A stretch of 37,333 nt of DNA from IMG/VR virus record IMGVR_UViG_3300045988_122037, positions 1-37,333 of that record. The stretch is one strand, 5' to 3'. The first letter of the stretch is position 1. The number at the start of each line of letters is the position of its first letter. A program made the translations under genes and the position numbers. This DNA is from a virus. Positions 25,474-34,504 of this stretch are shown one piece after another. The notes below the pieces were generated by a model. That model did no database searches and was not told the origin of the DNA. It saw only the letters and a list, made by a program, of their open reading frames with translations.

Positions 25474-25656
25474 TTGATTTACAACAAAATCAGGGATATT
25501 TGCAAGGAAAAAGGCATGAGTGTTGCTGCTGTTGAAAAAAAAGCAGGATTGAGCCACGGAGCAATTTCTAAATGGAACAATTCAACACCATCCGCAGAAA
25601 ACCTTAATTCTGTTGCAAAAATCCTAAAAGTTAAAATTGACAAACTTCTTGACTAG
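25474..25656 (+). CDS. Cro-like XRE-family HTH protein (60 aa)
   Basis: HTH MSVAAVEKKAGLSHGAISKWNN. TTG start 7 nt after AAGGAGG. Confidence 0.8.
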   Translation: MIYNKIRDICKEKGMSVAAVEKKAGLSHGAISKWNNSTPSAENLNSVAKILKVKIDKLLD

Positions 25657-25734
25657 AAGATACCACAACATCAGTCCAATAAGCAGGACAGAAAAATAGC
25701 CCCAAGTAAAATTACTCAGGACTATCTATAGAAG

Positions 25735-25935
25735 TTAAATCAGTGTGAAATGTGAATTGACGTATTGACGATCAACTTCTATATAACCGTATTTTTCAAG
25801 CTCAGCAATGACATTAAAGGCAATTTCATAAGAAAGACCAAGCTCAGTCATTAAATCTAAGTCTTTAAAGTCTTTTATGCCAGTTATAGCTTTGGCTTGA
25901 AGAAATTTTAAGGACTTTTCAGCAGTATGTGTCAT
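25735..25935 (-). CDS. Small winged-helix-like protein (66 aa)
   Basis: ATG at 25935 follows AGGAGG on the minus strand. The track start at 25968 lacks an RBS. Confidence 0.6.
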   Translation of the reverse strand: MTHTAEKSLKFLQAKAITGIKDFKDLDLMTELGLSYEIAFNVIAELEKYGYIEVDRQYVNSHFTLI

Positions 25936-26026
25936 GTGTATTTCCTCCTTTCTATTTTTGATATACACATATTAACATGCAACTCGAAAAGATTTGTACC
26001 ATTTTTAGAAAGGAGAGTGAGAAATT

Positions 26027-26275
26027 ATGCCAAAAACAAATTTATGCGAGGATAAAATGAAAAAGAGAGTTGATTATGTCGCTGGTTTGTTAAGAGGAGG
26101 TTTTCGGCAGAATAATCTATCAACAGCGGATGTGAGTGCAAAAAGTGGTATTCCAACACGAACAGTCACAGACAGACTTTTACATCCAGAAAAAATCCGA
26201 TTAAAGGATTTATTTAAGCTGGCGGATATCGCAGGAGTAAAAATCACATTTGAAAATAAGGATGTACCAGAGTAG
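26027..26275 (+). CDS. Small putative DNA-binding protein (82 aa)
   Basis: AAGGAGAG RBS. HTH-like LSTADVSAKSGIPTRTVTDRL. Confidence 0.65.
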   Translation: MPKTNLCEDKMKKRVDYVAGLLRGGFRQNNLSTADVSAKSGIPTRTVTDRLLHPEKIRLKDLFKLADIAGVKITFENKDVPE

Positions 26276-26285
26276 GAGGTGGAGA

Positions 26286-26558
26286 ATGAAGCAGATCAGT
26301 AAAGTATTTATAGCGGTAGGGCTTGGAATTATGTTTCTGGGTGGAATGCTCGATGCGGATGGAACGTATTATGTTTTTCTGCTGATCGCAATAGCTCTCG
26401 GTGCGGTGGTTGCACTTATTGGAGTTGTGATCATGGATGTGGAGAACCGCCGGGAAGAAAAGCGGAAAGCATACTTTTACATGATCCGCAGGAAGGACAA
26501 GCTTGACGCTGATGTAGAGTTCCTTGGAGAATTTGAGGACAAAAAAATAGCACCCTAA
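26286..26558 (+). CDS. Small membrane protein (90 aa)
   Basis: ATG 26286 follows AGGAGGTGGAG. Two hydrophobic helices. Confidence 0.68.
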   Translation: MKQISKVFIAVGLGIMFLGGMLDADGTYYVFLLIAIALGAVVALIGVVIMDVENRREEKRKAYFYMIRRKDKLDADVEFLGEFEDKKIAP

Positions 26559-26655
26559 ATGTTTTGGCGAACGCAGGTGCTATTTACCGTAGGAATACAA
26601 AAGTATTTCTGCGTTTATTGTAACACGTAGTTAAATTTTTGGAAAGCGTGATTTT

Positions 26656-26838
26656 ATGATTTACAGAAAATGCAGAATCTGTGGATGCAGTTTAGATCCC
26701 GGAGAGGGAAACATGTGTGAAGAATGCCGGGACGAGCAGTACATGAATCAACAGCGTGAGAAAGCTGTCAGATACATGGTTTTATCTACAGATTTCAGAC
26801 AGATGGAAATGGAGGAATTTTTAAATGGCAGCGCCTAG
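26656..26838 (+). CDS. Small zinc-ribbon protein (60 aa)
   Basis: CRICGC...CEEC motif. Confidence 0.55.
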   Translation: MIYRKCRICGCSLDPGEGNMCEECRDEQYMNQQREKAVRYMVLSTDFRQMEMEEFLNGSA

Positions 26839-27037
26839 TTTGACATGGAAGGATTTAGGAATACTCAAGGATGCACTGGCAGAATTTGAAAGAACACTGG
26901 AAGATTTAGGCATAGAAGCCGGTGAAGTCTCATGGCATACCGACGGAAGTATTCATGGTGAATTTGTGTATGGCACAAGGAAGCTGATTACCGACACAGA
27001 CGATGATGGGGAGGGATTTTCTCACAGATATGAATGA
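26825..27037 (+). CDS. Hypothetical protein (70 aa)
   Basis: GGAGGAA RBS upstream of ATG 26825. Confidence 0.55.
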   Translation: MAAPSLTWKDLGILKDALAEFERTLEDLGIEAGEVSWHTDGSIHGEFVYGTRKLITDTDDDGEGFSHRYE

Positions 27038-27194
27038 TTACATACCGGACAGCCTCGATATGCTCGAAGAGTACGAGAGGGACAGAGAACGCCGCCACAG
27101 ATTATATGAGAAACAAGCCAGACGTGAAGAGATGGCAGATATTGAATCAGAGGAAGAGAGGATAAAAGAAAGATGGAAGAATTTGAAAATTTAA
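27003..27194 (+). CDS. Hypothetical charged protein (start uncertain; alternative ATG at 27030)
   Basis: ORF with a Glu/Arg-rich helix. No strong RBS at either candidate start. Confidence 0.45.
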   Translation: MMGRDFLTDMNDYIPDSLDMLEEYERDRERRHRLYEKQARREEMADIESEEERIKERWKNLKI

Positions 27195-27778
27195 TTGTGG
27201 AAAAACTTATGTCCACTGAAAGAGATGGAATGAAAGATTTAATTGCAGCCATGAAAAATGATGGATTTTTTGCGGCTCCGTGTTCGGGTTCTAACCATTT
27301 GGCAAAAGAGGGCGGTTTAGCAGAACATAGTTGGAATGTCCTCGGAATCATGCAGGATATGTCATTTTTATTGGCGGAAGGATCGGAAGTTTTACCGGAT
27401 GAAACACAGAATGCCATTATCATTTGTGCTTTGCTGCATGATCTTGGAAAGATGGGAGATTATGGAAAACCAAACTATGTACCTAATATGATCAAGAGCC
27501 GGAAAAAGGATGAAAATGGAGAATATCCATTGGTACAGTCAGAAGCAAAACCATATGAGATAAATAAAGAACTTCTGTATATTCCACATGAAGTGAGAAG
27601 TATTGCAATTGCTGAAAGATACATCAAGCTTACAGAGGAAGAAGAGCAGGCTATCCTTTGGCATAATGGACTGTATGGATCGTTTAAATATGATATTTCC
27701 GGTAAAGAAACGCCATTGTATCTGTTGTTACATTTTGCTGATATGTGGTCAAGCAGAATTGTGGAGGAGAAGTCATGA
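27173..27778 (+). CDS. HD-domain phosphohydrolase
   Basis: LAEHSWNV and ALLHDLGK (the HD dyad) plus a downstream LLHFADMWSS. Confidence 0.85.
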   Translation: MEEFENLIVEKLMSTERDGMKDLIAAMKNDGFFAAPCSGSNHLAKEGGLAEHSWNVLGIMQDMSFLLAEGSEVLPDETQNAIIICALLHDLGKMGDYGKPNYVPNMIKSRKKDENGEYPLVQSEAKPYEINKELLYIPHEVRSIAIAERYIKLTEEEEQAILWHNGLYGSFKYDISGKETPLYLLLHFADMWSSRIVEEKS

Positions 27779-28398
27779 GTTTAAAAGAGAAACTGTTGTT
27801 TATACAGGTAAATTTGAAAGCTCCTAAAAATTTATACAACTCTTTTGGCAATTACAATTATCGTAATGCAGAAGGAATTTTAAATGCTGTCAAACCTTAT
27901 CTCGACGATAATAAAGTATCTCTTACTTTATCAGATTGTATGGAGTGTATTGGAGATCGAATTTACGTAAAGGCAACAGCAACATTGCATGACTGTGAAA
28001 GTGAAGAATCCATAAGTGTTACTGCTTACGCAAGAGAGGCTGGATTTAAAAAAGGTATGGATGATTCACAAATTACCGGGACAGCATCCAGTTATGCACG
28101 CAAATATTCCTTAAATGGTCTTTTCCTTTTGGATGATGAAAAGGATGCAGATTCAGATGAATATAAAAAACAGGTGGAAAGACAGACAGAGGAGCAGGCT
28201 TTCAATGAAAGAGTAGAAAAAGAAGGACATGAATTGGCATCACAGGCACAGAAAAATTGTATTTTCGCAATCTGCAAAAAACATGGTGTTGATGTCAAAG
28301 AGCTGTATTCATCAAATAATCTCGATGAAAAGAAATTAACAAAAAATGATGCAACGAATGTAATTAGGAGTCTGAAAAAGAAATATGGTGATGATTAA
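27775..28398 (+). CDS. erf: Erf-family single-strand annealing protein
   Basis: N-terminus LFIQVNLKAPKNLYNSFGNYNYRNAEGILNAVKPYL fits the ERF pattern. ATG 27775 follows GGAGGAG and overlaps the upstream stop (ATGA). Confidence 0.82.
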   Translation: MSLKEKLLFIQVNLKAPKNLYNSFGNYNYRNAEGILNAVKPYLDDNKVSLTLSDCMECIGDRIYVKATATLHDCESEESISVTAYAREAGFKKGMDDSQITGTASSYARKYSLNGLFLLDDEKDADSDEYKKQVERQTEEQAFNERVEKEGHELASQAQKNCIFAICKKHGVDVKELYSSNNLDEKKLTKNDATNVIRSLKKKYGDD

Positions 28399-29027
28399 TG
28401 CATGCACTTGTAAAGATTAACCAATACCGAGAGCGGAATGACGGAACAGACTTGGTTGTATCTGTTCCAGATCTGAAGCTTGGGGACATGTTCCAAAGAA
28501 AGAAAATTAGAAATGCTGAGATTCGGTTTGATGATGGCAGACACATATCGGCAGAGCAGAGAAAAAAAGCATATGCAACTATCAGAGACATTTCAGATTG
28601 GACAGGATATCTTCCAGAAGAAATGAAAGAGATATTGAAGTATCAGCATATGATGCGTACCGGTGATGCGTATTTCAGTCTTTCCAACTGTTCTATGGAC
28701 ACAGCGAGGGAATTTATCAACACGATACTGGAATTTGCCCTAGAGAACGGAATACCGCTTTCTGACAATGCAATAGAACGTACAGATGACATAGGAAGAT
28801 ATCTTTACTACTGCCTGTTACACAAAAAATGTGCAATCTGCGGAAAAGATGGAGAGATTCATCATGAGGATGCAATCGGAATGGGTAATGACAGGACAAA
28901 AGTAGATGATTCCAGTTATAAAAAAATCTGTTTATGCAGAGAACACCACACACTGGCACACAGCCTTGGAGTGATCCGGTTCAGAGAGATGTATAAGGTC
29001 TATGGAATTGTTGTAAAGGATTTATAG
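28398..29027 (+). CDS. Phage HNHc-type nuclease (HNHc_6-like)
   Basis: C-terminal CAICGKDGEIHHEDAIGMGNDR...CREHHTLAH. Commonly adjacent to Erf/SSB genes in Gram-positive phages. Confidence 0.78.
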   Translation: MHALVKINQYRERNDGTDLVVSVPDLKLGDMFQRKKIRNAEIRFDDGRHISAEQRKKAYATIRDISDWTGYLPEEMKEILKYQHMMRTGDAYFSLSNCSMDTAREFINTILEFALENGIPLSDNAIERTDDIGRYLYYCLLHKKCAICGKDGEIHHEDAIGMGNDRTKVDDSSYKKICLCREHHTLAHSLGVIRFREMYKVYGIVVKDL

Positions 29028-29147
29028 GGTTGAAACACCTTGCCAAATGGCAGAAAGAAACCTATTCATGCAGAAAATAATATATCACGATTGTTGGAAG
29101 CCATGGTTTCCCGGTGCTTTCCATGGTGCCGGGAGAAAGGAGAAGTT

Positions 29148-29882
29148 TTGAATTTAGAACAGAAAACAATTACATCAGTAGAAGTTGCTGATATGGTCGG
29201 AAAAGAACATAAAGAATTATTAAGAGATATCAGAAGATATGCAAAGCAATTTGCCGAGAGCAAGATTGCGCTGGGCGATTTTTTTGAGGAAAGTACATAT
29301 AAAGATAATAACAATCAGAGCAGACCTTGCTATCTGGTTACAAAGAAAGGCTGTGAATTTATTGCTCACAAGCTCACTGGTGTGAAAGGTACAGAGTTCA
29401 CTGCAAAATATATCAATCGTTTTCATGAGTTGGAAGATGCAATTAAGAAACCTCTCACAGCCTTGGAACAGATTGCATTGCTGGCACAGGGAACTGTGGA
29501 GTTGGAACAGAAAGTTGAAACCGTAGAGCAAAAAGTATATTCCATTGAAAATGATATGCCGCTGTTCGGAGCAGAATCAGACGAACTTTCCGCACACGTC
29601 AGACGTAAGGCGGTGGAAATGCTCGGTGGTAAGAAATCAGAAGCTTACAGGGATAGTAAAGTACATAAAAAAGTGTTCAGTGATATTTATAATCAGTTAA
29701 AACGTGAGTTTGGTATCTACGATGATGAAGGAAAAATGAAAAGCTACAAGGCACTGAAACGCAAGAATCTTGCCGATGCACATGAATTTGTTGATTGTTA
29801 CACTCTTCCGGCATATTTAGCAGAGCAGATTAATGATTGCAATGCGCAGATCAGAATGGAGGACGGTGCCGATGGAGTATAA
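29148..29882 (+). CDS. Rha-family regulatory / antirepressor-like protein
   Basis: ITSVEVADMVGKEHKELLRDIRRY and PCYLVTKKGCEFIAHKLTG fit the Rha N-terminal domain. TTG 29148 follows AAGGAGAAG. Confidence 0.78.
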   Translation: MNLEQKTITSVEVADMVGKEHKELLRDIRRYAKQFAESKIALGDFFEESTYKDNNNQSRPCYLVTKKGCEFIAHKLTGVKGTEFTAKYINRFHELEDAIKKPLTALEQIALLAQGTVELEQKVETVEQKVYSIENDMPLFGAESDELSAHVRRKAVEMLGGKKSEAYRDSKVHKKVFSDIYNQLKREFGIYDDEGKMKSYKALKRKNLADAHEFVDCYTLPAYLAEQINDCNAQIRMEDGADGV

Positions 29883-30300
29883 ATTTACAGTTCCGGGGCG
29901 TTTGGAAGGCTTGAACAATTACACCGCAGCCAATCGCACTAACCCATATAAGGGTGGAAAGGTAAAAAATGATAATGAGAATCACATCATGTGGTGTATC
30001 AGACAGCAGCTCCATGGTGTACATATCGAAAAGCCGGTACTGATCTATTACCACTGTTTTGAAAAAGACAACAGGAGAGATGGGGACAACATTCTCTCCT
30101 GCGCAACAAAGTTCATTCAGGACAGTCTCACAAAAACAAAGGTGCTGCAAGAAGATAACCGCAGATGCATCCCTCATTTTTATCATGATGTTTCTGTAGA
30201 TAAAGAGAATCCGAGAATTGAGGTCACAATCACGGAACTTACAGCGGAACAGGCAAAAATGAAATTAAGAGACTTACTTAAGGACTTGGAAACGGGGTGA
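29872..30300 (+). CDS. rusA: RusA-family Holliday junction resolvase
   Basis: FTVPGRLEGLNNYTAANRTNPYKGGKVK and RRDGDNI...KFIQDSL fit the RusA pattern. Confidence 0.82.
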   Translation: MEYKFTVPGRLEGLNNYTAANRTNPYKGGKVKNDNENHIMWCIRQQLHGVHIEKPVLIYYHCFEKDNRRDGDNILSCATKFIQDSLTKTKVLQEDNRRCIPHFYHDVSVDKENPRIEVTITELTAEQAKMKLRDLLKDLETG

Positions 30301-30304
30301 TCTG

Positions 30305-31063
30305 GTGGATGGCAACTACATAAAACTGAGCCGTGGACTTCTGGAGTGGGAGTGGTACACAGACATTAATACAACCCGGCTGTTTATCCATATGTTGCTG
30401 AAAGCCAATTGGAAGGATGGAAATTTTAAAGGAACAACGATACCACGTGGATCGTTTGTAACATCTATCAGGAAATTGTCGGACGAAACAGGGCTTTCAG
30501 ACCGTGAAATTCGAACAGCAATTTCGCATTTGAAAACGACAGGCGAAGTGACAAGCAAAACGACAAGCAAATTTAGCGTATTTACGGTAGTTAAGTACGA
30601 TTTATACCAGACAACCGACAAACAGAACGACAAGCAAGCGACAAGCAAGCGACAAACTAACGACAAACTAACGACAACAATAGAAGAAAAGAAAGAAGGA
30701 AAGAAGGGAAGAAACACACCCCCTATATCCCCCGTGGGAAAATTTGGAGAGTTTGCCGCGGCCTATCCGAAACGGTGTACTGGTTGTCTTGCTGAAACAG
30801 AATACTGCAATGCGGTACTGGCTGGTGTACCGGAAGATGATCTGATAGTGGCTGCACAAAATTACGCTGTTGACTGCCAGAAGAAAAGGACACCTGATCG
30901 TTATATTAAAAATGCAGAGAATTTCTTGAAAGAGAATTTGTTTATGCAGTACCTGAAAGGAGAGAACGATGGATCAGTTGGAAGAGATACTGGAACGCAT
31001 GAAAAATCACTCAACGAACTTATGCAGGAATGTGGAGACACAGGAGACTTCCAGGGATTCTGA
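30305..31063 (+). CDS. DnaD-like replisome organizer / replication initiator
   Basis: N-terminus YIKLSRGLLEWEWYTDINTTRLFIHMLLKANW..GSFVTSIRKLSDETGLSDREIRTAISHL is winged-helix and phage replisome-organizer-like. The gene contains iterons. GTG start. Confidence 0.78.
   Translation: MDGNYIKLSRGLLEWEWYTDINTTRLFIHMLLKANWKDGNFKGTTIPRGSFVTSIRKLSDETGLSDREIRTAISHLKTTGEVTSKTTSKFSVFTVVKYDLYQTTDKQNDKQATSKRQTNDKLTTTIEEKKEGKKGRNTPPISPVGKFGEFAAAYPKRCTGCLAETEYCNAVLAGVPEDDLIVAAQNYAVDCQKKRTPDRYIKNAENFLKENLFMQYLKGENDGSVGRDTGTHEKSLNELMQECGDTGDFQGF
30549..30682. repeat. Iteron array (putative origin of replication) inside the replisome-organizer gene
   Basis: Six tandem 11-12-bp units CGACAA[A/G]C[A/T]A[A/G] at 30616-30682, plus two copies of (C)GACAAGCAAA at 30550-30571. 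A ~35-nt polypurine tract follows (30683-30716). Confidence 0.7.
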
Positions 31064-31805
31064 TGTGTGTCCAATTTGCGAAGGGCGGGAGTGGATTTTA
31101 AAAATAAAAGACGGTGTGGAAATCGCAGTACCGTGTAAATGCCGTGAGAAAGCGGTCATGTCAAGGCGGTTGCGATTCGCAGATATACCGGAGGCATTCC
31201 GTGGGATGGATCTGAGATTGTTTCGAATGGATGTGTACAGGAAGCCGGAAAGTAAAAAGATGGTGTCAGATGCCTGTAAAATCATAAAAACCTATCTGGA
31301 TGATTTTGAGAGCCAGAAGGAAAGAGGCATGGGACTGTATATCTGGTCGAGGACAAAGGGAAGCGGTAAGACGAGGATCGCTGCCGGGATTGCAAATGAG
31401 CTGATGAAAAACTATGCAGTGAAGTTTGCAGTGTCACTGACCATCCTGCAAGAGATTAAGAATACATGGCGGAGAGATACAGAATACAGTGAGAACCAGC
31501 TTTTAGACGCACTTTACACCACAGACATTCTTGTAATTGATGATTTCGGAGTGGAGAGACCAGCGGACTGGATAAATGACAAAATGTATCAGATCATCAA
31601 CGAGCGGTACATAAACCAGAAGGTAACGATTTTCACGAGTAATGATCCGCTGGACAAACTATCCTACGATGACCGGATCACGAACCGGATCAAGGAGCGG
31701 ACATATCAGATCGCATTTCCAGAAGAATCAGTCCGGGATCATATCGCAGAGCGGATGCAGGAGGAAATCATTGAAAAGATGATAACGAGTGGAAATATAA
31801 AATAA
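30969..31805 (+). CDS. DnaC/IstB-like AAA+ helicase loader
   Basis: Walker A is TKGSGKT and Walker B is ILVIDDFG. N-terminal zinc-ribbon CPIC..CKC. AAGGAGAG RBS. Overlaps the upstream gene by 95 nt. Confidence 0.88.
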   Translation: MDQLEEILERMKNHSTNLCRNVETQETSRDSDVCPICEGREWILKIKDGVEIAVPCKCREKAVMSRRLRFADIPEAFRGMDLRLFRMDVYRKPESKKMVSDACKIIKTYLDDFESQKERGMGLYIWSRTKGSGKTRIAAGIANELMKNYAVKFAVSLTILQEIKNTWRRDTEYSENQLLDALYTTDILVIDDFGVERPADWINDKMYQIINERYINQKVTIFTSNDPLDKLSYDDRITNRIKERTYQIAFPEESVRDHIAERMQEEIIEKMITSGNIK

Positions 31806-31835
31806 AAATTAAGTGGCGAAATAAGGATTATTAAC

Positions 31836-32018
31836 ATGGGAGAAATGACAAAGACAAGCATAAAATACTGCCGGAAATGTAAATATTCGTACAAGCACAA
31901 CCAGACAGAGATTATGTGTGGATATTATTTACAGACCAGATTAAGGCGTGGATGCCCGGTTGGAATGTGCGATAAGTTTGAGAAGAAAGGAAGAAAGAAG
32001 AGGGTACAGTTGAAATGA
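31836..32018 (+). CDS. Small Cys-rich basic protein (60 aa)
   Basis: CRKC...C..C..C pattern with a Lys/Arg-rich C-terminus. Confidence 0.55.
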   Translation: MGEMTKTSIKYCRKCKYSYKHNQTEIMCGYYLQTRLRRGCPVGMCDKFEKKGRKKRVQLK

Positions 32019-32206
32019 CGGATGAAACCAAGCAGGAGATAAGAGCGGTACTGACGCTGTTAAAAAATACACTGGTAAGCAATGGTGTAAGCATAGCACT
32101 TGAAAAAAAAGACGATGGATGCATTTGTTTTTTTGATACCGCAGAGTATTGTCGCACCGGGAAATATAAAGGGGTATCTGTTAAAATAACAGATTTAGTG
32201 AGGTAG
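32015..32206 (+). CDS. Hypothetical protein (63 aa)
   Basis: ATGA overlap with the upstream gene. Confidence 0.55.
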   Translation: MTDETKQEIRAVLTLLKNTLVSNGVSIALEKKDDGCICFFDTAEYCRTGKYKGVSVKITDLVR

Positions 32207-32210
32207 AAAT

Positions 32211-32414
32211 ATGATGGAATGTATGAAGAGCATGGCTAAAAAGCCACAGACCAATGCAGACCGGATCAGAAGCATGACGGATGAGGAACTTTTAGATTTC
32301 CTTTGCTCAATCGAAACATATGAGCATGGTAGTGTAATGACCATTGAGGGCGGCGTAGCAATGTGTTCTGTTACAGAGGTGGAACAATGGCTTAAGGCAG
32401 AAAGTGAGGAATAG
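32211..32414 (+). CDS. Hypothetical protein (67 aa)
   Basis: GTGAGG RBS before ATG 32211. Confidence 0.55.
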   Translation: MMECMKSMAKKPQTNADRIRSMTDEELLDFLCSIETYEHGSVMTIEGGVAMCSVTEVEQWLKAESEE

Positions 32415-32415
32415 C

Positions 32416-32556
32416 ATGAGACTTGGAGAAGAATGTCCATACATAACACCATGCGGTTGGTGTAGTAGGCTTTGTAAGCCATGTGAAGAAAAGGAAAAGC
32501 AGAAAGTGAGGAAGCAACATGGAAAGATTAACAGAAAGGAATCCATCATGGATTGA
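32416..32556 (+). CDS. Possible small Cys-rich ORF (46 aa)
   Basis: MRLGEECPYITPCGWCSRLCKPCEEKEKQK.... GTGAGGA RBS. Below the track cutoff. Confidence 0.3.
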   Translation: MRLGEECPYITPCGWCSRLCKPCEEKEKQKVRKQHGKINRKESIMD

Positions 32557-32926
32557 TGATGAACTGTGGGAAAGGGCATGTGAACCGGATTGCGAGGAAA
32601 TAGATGCCGTATATCGGAAACTCAAAGACTATGAGGATGCCGAGGAGCAGGGATTACTTCTGCGGTTGCCATGCAAGGTGGGAGATAAGGTATATCAGAT
32701 AAGCGAAAACTTTATTGAACCATGTACGGTTGAGACAATATTCTTGGGAAATTATAGGGATAGAAGTGGAAATTGGTGTAACATGGCAGAAATTCATTAT
32801 GACAGGGATGATTGCCCTTATGTGTCTACAGAGATATATTTCACTGATATTGGCGAAACGGTATTCTTCACAGAAACTGAAGCCAAAGCCAAGTTGAAAG
32901 AAATGGAGGAAAAGGATGGAAGATAG
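32519..32926 (+). CDS. Hypothetical protein (135 aa)
   Basis: GAGGAAG RBS. Acidic protein with no recognised motif. Confidence 0.65.
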   Translation: MERLTERNPSWIDDELWERACEPDCEEIDAVYRKLKDYEDAEEQGLLLRLPCKVGDKVYQISENFIEPCTVETIFLGNYRDRSGNWCNMAEIHYDRDDCPYVSTEIYFTDIGETVFFTETEAKAKLKEMEEKDGR

Positions 32927-33350
32927 ATATTTATGTAAAGCAAGACCAATAGGGACTAGAAAACAGTGGGTAACTGGATTTTATGCAGTTCTTGGAGAAA
33001 AGACGGTGATTATCGTAAATGAGCCGGAAAAGTTTTATGACGTTGATAGCGAGAAAAACAGTCATGGAAATAAGATTGTAGAGGTTATACCTAAAACCGT
33101 CTGCCAGTGCACCGGACTTAAGGATAAGAATGGCAAGCTGATTTTTGAGAATGATATTCTTTCAGGGCATATCGATGATGAGTTTCCAGAAGATGAGACG
33201 AGAAAGCGTGTCGTGTGGCATGAAAACGGATGGTGTACGAATGAGCCGGGCTGTGATGACTATGAGGAACTGGATGATTTTGATTCAGAAAATTTTGAAG
33301 TGATCGGCAACATGATTAATAACCCGGAACTGTTGGAGGTGCGGTTATGA
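32916..33350 (+). CDS. YopX-family protein
   Basis: QCTGLKDKNGKLIFENDIL and EVIGNMINNPELLE are typical YopX segments. Confidence 0.78.
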   Translation: MEDRYLCKARPIGTRKQWVTGFYAVLGEKTVIIVNEPEKFYDVDSEKNSHGNKIVEVIPKTVCQCTGLKDKNGKLIFENDILSGHIDDEFPEDETRKRVVWHENGWCTNEPGCDDYEELDDFDSENFEVIGNMINNPELLEVRL

Positions 33351-33823
33351 GTGAGAAAAAATTCACAATTTTAGGAACAAATGAATCTATAGACTGGAAT
33401 TTAATTGCACCGCATGAAAAACAGGCAATGGAAAATCATTGGGGACAGACTTTGGAGCAATTAGCAAGGCGACATGGTTTAAGCTGGTACGAATTATTAT
33501 GTGTTCTGTTGGATAAACCATTCACAGAAGTTGAGTATGATAAAGAAAAAAATTATAAAGAACTATGTCAAATGGCATTAGTATCGGAAGAAGTTAAGCA
33601 GTATCGTGCAATCGGCACGGTGGAAGAATGCCGGGCGGCGGTGGAGAAACAGACAGCGAAGAAAGTCATCTCATTTGACTATAACAACGGAACCGTTAAT
33701 TATGGATGTCCCGTATGCAAGCGGAAAATCATATCAAAGATAGACGGTAAGTGGTGTGGCGGCACATTTAACGAATATTGTGATAGATGCGGTCAGAAGT
33801 TAGATTGGAGGAATGAAGAATGA
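33347..33823 (+). CDS. Hypothetical protein with a C-terminal zinc ribbon
   Basis: CPVC...CDRC at the C-terminus. GGAGGTG RBS. Confidence 0.65.
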   Translation: MSEKKFTILGTNESIDWNLIAPHEKQAMENHWGQTLEQLARRHGLSWYELLCVLLDKPFTEVEYDKEKNYKELCQMALVSEEVKQYRAIGTVEECRAAVEKQTAKKVISFDYNNGTVNYGCPVCKRKIISKIDGKWCGGTFNEYCDRCGQKLDWRNEE

Positions 33824-34050
33824 GTGAAAGCCTTAAGCCATGCCCGTTCTGTGGTGGAAAAGCAAAAATTAAAGCAGTTATAAAATCTTACGGTTTTACC
33901 ATTTGGTGCGCATGCGAATGTGGAGCACGAACAGAGGGATTTTGCCCAGAAACGAGCAAAGAGGATGACACGATGGAGAATATCGATGAGTGTAAGAAAA
34001 GAGCCATAAAAGCATGGAACAGGAGGGAGAACGATGGGAAGATTGATTGA
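33820..34050 (+). CDS. Lar-family restriction-alleviation-like protein
   Basis: LKPCPFCGGKA...CACECGART...AIKAWNRR matches the Lar-family pattern as I recall it. Confidence 0.7.
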   Translation: MSESLKPCPFCGGKAKIKAVIKSYGFTIWCACECGARTEGFCPETSKEDDTMENIDECKKRAIKAWNRRENDGKID

Positions 34051-34504
34051 TGCGGAGACATTAAAGCAAGAATTATATCAACAATGGTTTATGGATATTC
34101 TTCTTACGCAGAATAGTGGCAAAGATATGTTCTATGCATTGGCACAGAAAATTGATGAAATCCCGACCGCCTATGACCCGGACAAGGTTGTGGAGCAGTT
34201 GGAAAAGCTGAAAAGCCTTGTACCAGTAAATAGGATACTTGATGATATTGTAAATGATAAACCAAAGGAATTAGGAATGCTTATAGCTTATAAAAAGGCT
34301 ATTGAGATTGTGAAAGGCGAGTGTTCCACAGAACAGTCATGCGAGTGGAAACTTGAAGATTCAGAATCAAACCTTTATGTAACAGAGTGTGAGAACCGCC
34401 ATCTTATATTTGAGGGCACGCCAGAAGAAAACGGCTATAAGTATTACCCTTACTGCGGCAGGAAGATAAAGAGAGGTGTAGTAGATGCGAAAATCGATTT
34501 CTAA
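34034..34504 (+). CDS. Hypothetical protein (156 aa)
   Basis: AGGAGGGAG RBS. No recognised motif. Confidence 0.65.
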   Translation: MGRLIDAETLKQELYQQWFMDILLTQNSGKDMFYALAQKIDEIPTAYDPDKVVEQLEKLKSLVPVNRILDDIVNDKPKELGMLIAYKKAIEIVKGECSTEQSCEWKLEDSESNLYVTECENRHLIFEGTPEENGYKYYPYCGRKIKRGVVDAKIDF

